From contig CM059432.1 of assembly GCA_030390025.1 (NCBI GenBank), forward strand, positions 110,424,001 through 110,488,000: 64,000 nt of DNA, given 5' to 3'. The notes beneath the pieces were generated by a model, which worked only from the letters and a program-made list of their open reading frames with translations, did no database searches and was not told the origin of the DNA. The DNA comes from Squalus acanthias (Eukaryota). Below are positions 63,325 through 64,000 of this stretch, in pieces (the stretch's first letter is position 1; every line of letters starts with the position of its first letter). The position numbers and the translations under genes are program-made.

Positions 63325-63836
63325 ATATTAAGCAGCACATTGGGAGAACTCCCCGACTCTTTCTTTCACCTGAGAGGGTAGACAGGGCCTTTGTTTAATA
63401 TCATATCTAAAAAGCGGCACCTCAACCAACACTGCCAGATTGGATTATATGGTCAAATCCTACAGTGGAACCTGAACCCATGTCCATTTGATTTCGAAGC
63501 GAGATTGCTACCACTGAGCTAAAGCTGATGTACATAAAGAGATATTAGGACAGCTTGGTCAAAGATGTAGGTTTTCAGAAGTGACTTAAAGGAGGAGAGG
63601 GAGATAGAGAGGTTTCTGGAGGGAATTCCAGAGCTTAGGGCCGAGGCAGCTGAAGGCACAGCCGCCAATGGTGGAACGAAGAAAATCGGAGATGCGCAAG
63701 AGGCCAGAATTGGAGCGCAGAGGTCTCGGAGGGTTGTAGGGCCGGAGGAGGTTTCAGAGATAGGGAGGGATGAGGAAGGGATCAAAACACAAGGATGAGA
63801 ATTTTTAAATTGAGGCATTGCTGGACTGGGAGCCAA
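63325..63836 (-). mobile_element. Degenerate Deu-SINE head (63325-63527) adjoining an L2 3' fragment (63527-63836)
   Basis: Similarity to 23600-23845 and 56380-56710. Confidence 0.7.
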
Positions 63837-64000
63837 TTTCAGTAATGCCTTTTATACAGTTACTCTGGAAAGGTTGATACTGAAAATAAAGAAAGCGGTA
63901 ATCAGTGGAAGTATTTTACAAAGGATATGTAATTGGATGACCGATAGAACCCAGAGGAGGTAATACAAATATTGTCATCAGTTTGGGAGAAGGTTAAAAG

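Overview
Eukaryotic, repeat-dense vertebrate DNA. HE1-like V-SINEs, SacSINE1-like Deu-SINEs and CR1 LINEs point to a cartilaginous fish. The only host-gene sequence I can support is a minus-strand coding first exon at 50565-50409. It resembles the alternative N-terminus of OXR1 and has a CpG-rich promoter, two upstream ATGs and a probable GC-AG donor. The rest appears intronic. It holds nested CR1, L2 and RTE LINEs, Penelope-like elements with hammerhead ribozymes, many PIF/Harbinger-type elements with 3-bp TSDs, and one young full-length Ty3/Gypsy element. That element lacks a tRNA primer-binding site next to its LTR, has a 13-nt complement to its own LTR there instead, and carries a YLDN RT motif. 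All family assignments are from recalled motifs, not database searches. Ends of old elements are approximate.
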